Positions 62,431-64,000 of a stretch of DNA of 64,000 nucleotides are shown here, piece after piece. Source of the stretch: Chamaesiphon sp. (lineage in GTDB: Bacteria > Cyanobacteriota > Cyanobacteriia > Cyanobacteriales > Chamaesiphonaceae); the NCBI GenBank assembly GCA_965246715.1, contig CBDFFH010000021.1, forward strand, positions 96,001 through 160,000, written 5' to 3'. A program made the position numbers and the translations under genes. The first letter of the stretch is position 1, and each line of letters begins with the position of its first letter. Below the pieces are notes generated by a model. That model worked only from the letters and a program-made list of their open reading frames with translations. It was not told where the DNA came from and did no database searches.

Positions 62431-62590
62431 GATGTCCAAAAAGTGGACAGCGGTTGAAACCGCCGCTAGTGATGCGAAGTCCGCCTACGCGGACTAACAG
62501 TTTCTTTAACCTGCGTAGGCAGGTTTTGCAAATGTAGCGGCGATTTTAATCGCTGGGCTACCAAAGATTGGACTTTTCAGATATCCTCTA
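62429..62590. mobile_element. Degenerate MITE/REP-like element
   Basis: Ends gatgtccaaaaagt / acttttcagatatcctcta; core aagtccgcctacgcggact related to the 21 kb element. Confidence 0.55.
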
Positions 62591-62694
62591 AAATAACTAC
62601 TAAAATAAATAATTTACGAAGCTAAAATAAGATCGGGATTAAACATATGTTTTGCTACTCTACAAAATTGTTACTATTCCCTCACCCCTAAATT

Positions 62695-62982
62695 ATGCCA
62701 GAAATTCGCTTTAAAATTCAATGGCCTGATGGTTCGCAAGAAACCTGTTATTCACCTTCGCTGATTGTCAAAGAATATTTTGATCCAGATCGAGAGTATC
62801 CATTAGCAGATTTTGTCGCTCGATCGCGGACTGCGTTGAATATTGCTAGCGATCGAGTTTTAGCAAAATATGGTAGAGCTTGTGGACTAGCGCTCGGACA
62901 AATAGCGACGATCGAATCTACAGCCGATCGATTTAGTTCGCAGCCAAAACCACTCGTGCGTGTAATCGAATTTATTGAATGA
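62695..62982 (+). CDS. nitG: MSMEG_0570-family protein (Nit1C)
   Basis: MPEIRFKIQWPDGSQETCYSPSL...ALNIASDRVLAKYG. Confidence 0.92.
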   Translation: MPEIRFKIQWPDGSQETCYSPSLIVKEYFDPDREYPLADFVARSRTALNIASDRVLAKYGRACGLALGQIATIESTADRFSSQPKPLVRVIEFIE

Positions 62983-63012
62983 AAAACTATTTAGGATTAC
63001 CATAAAGATTAG

Positions 63013-63061
63013 AAGCCCGCAAATAATCCTCAAATATTTACTATGACTAGCCACTAGTCAC
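63013..63061 (+). repeat. 49-bp dispersed repeat
   Basis: 45/49 identical to 41436-41484. Confidence 0.8.
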
Positions 63062-63115
63062 TAAAACAATCAGCCATAACTCGATTTAGATGTCGAACAG
63101 CTTATTAAATTAACT

Positions 63116-63742
63116 ATGATAGAATTTTACTACTGGGCAACACCTAACGGTCATAAAATTACAATTTTTCTCGAAGAAGCAGAGTTAGAATATCAGATCT
63201 TTCCCATTGATATCCGGGCCGGAAAACAATTCGATCCGGACTTTCTGAAGATCGCACCCAATAATCGGATTCCGGCAATTATCGATCGCCAGCCGCAAGA
63301 CGGCGGCGAACCAATTTCGGTATTTGAATCGGGGGCGATCCTGCAATATCTAGCTGAGAAAACTGGCAAGTTTCTCCCGACAAATATTCGAGATCGATTG
63401 GTAGCTATGGAATGGTTATTTTGGCAAATGGGTGGATTAGGCCCGATGGCGGGACAAAATCATCACTTCGGACAATATGCCCCAGAAAAAATTCCCTATG
63501 CGATCGAACGCTATGTGAAGGAAACCGCTCGTCTTTATGGCGTGCTAAATCGTCAATTAGCAGGGAAAGATTACATAGCGGGTGAATATTCGATCTCGGA
63601 TATGGCTTGCTATCCGTGGATCGTACCCCATGAAAAGCAGCAACAAAATCTTGCTGATTTTCCCGATCTTCAACGCTGGTTTGAGATAATGCAGCAGCGT
63701 CCGGCGGTAATTCGGGCTTACGAACGAGCAAAGTCATCTTAG
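63116..63742 (+). CDS. Glutathione S-transferase, YfcG/Nu-class-like
   Basis: TPNGHK, PNNRIPAI, FESGAIL, WQMGGLGPMAGQ. Confidence 0.92.
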   Translation: MIEFYYWATPNGHKITIFLEEAELEYQIFPIDIRAGKQFDPDFLKIAPNNRIPAIIDRQPQDGGEPISVFESGAILQYLAEKTGKFLPTNIRDRLVAMEWLFWQMGGLGPMAGQNHHFGQYAPEKIPYAIERYVKETARLYGVLNRQLAGKDYIAGEYSISDMACYPWIVPHEKQQQNLADFPDLQRWFEIMQQRPAVIRAYERAKSS

Positions 63743-63755
63743 TCCTCCTTGGTCA

Positions 63756-64000
63756 TCAATGCGATCGAACAACTGCTTCATCAAAAAATTTAGTTACCCG
63801 ATCTAACTCCAGATCGGCAAAAGCATCGATCGTCCAATTCGCTCGACGTTGTAGCATGTGAAACGGATAGGTATTGGCGATCGCGACTACCTGGATTCCG
63901 GCTGATTTAGCTGATTGAATTCCTGCAAAAGTATCTTCGATCGCCAGACATTCGCTTGGTAATAGATTTAATTCGGGATTTAATTGATTGAGCATATTTA
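63756..64000 (-). CDS. HAD-family phosphatase, C-terminal part (runs off window)
   Basis: ECLAIEDTFAGIQSAKSAGIQVVAI. Confidence 0.8.
   Translation of the reverse strand, partial: NMLNQLNPELNLLPSECLAIEDTFAGIQSAKSAGIQVVAIANTYPFHMLQRRANWTIDAFADLELDRVTKFFDEAVVRSH

Noticed and set aside
1..64000. CRISPR array, tRNA, rRNA
   Set aside because: No regularly spaced repeat-spacer array or recognisable structural RNA seen by eye.

Overview
Cyanobacterial chromosomal DNA. CGATCG/HIP1-type sites are very dense, and the PEP-CTERM tail style suggests a Chamaesiphon-like genome (inference). Genes, in order: PEP-CTERM protein, PvdE/SyrD-type exporter, serine hydrolase, His kinase, nblB, cpcS-type lyase, desB, DUF58, a probably foreign MBL/beta-CASP nuclease segment, ccmP, a complete pix/ptx-like phototaxis cluster with a 4-GAF cyanobacteriochrome MCP, tkt, argZ, an IS4-disrupted NYN gene, cphB-cphA, TauD/cupin/LysR, and a full Nit1C (Sll0783-0787/MSMEG_0565-0572) cluster with a GAF-LuxR regulator. 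Most striking: (1) sub-kilobase zones of near-total strand-specific G/T versus A/C bias, oriented by two inverted copies of a 144-bp hairpin repeat flanking nitC, which looks like a local element-directed mutator; (2) two Nit1C promoters sharing an NtcA site plus a lux-box-like operator at the same 91-bp spacing; (3) nested MITEs hosting small covarying GCG...CAAGACA hairpin elements; (4) an orphan end resembling a type V-K CAST transposon end. No CRISPR array, rRNA or tRNA was recognised. All counts were made by hand and no database searches were run.
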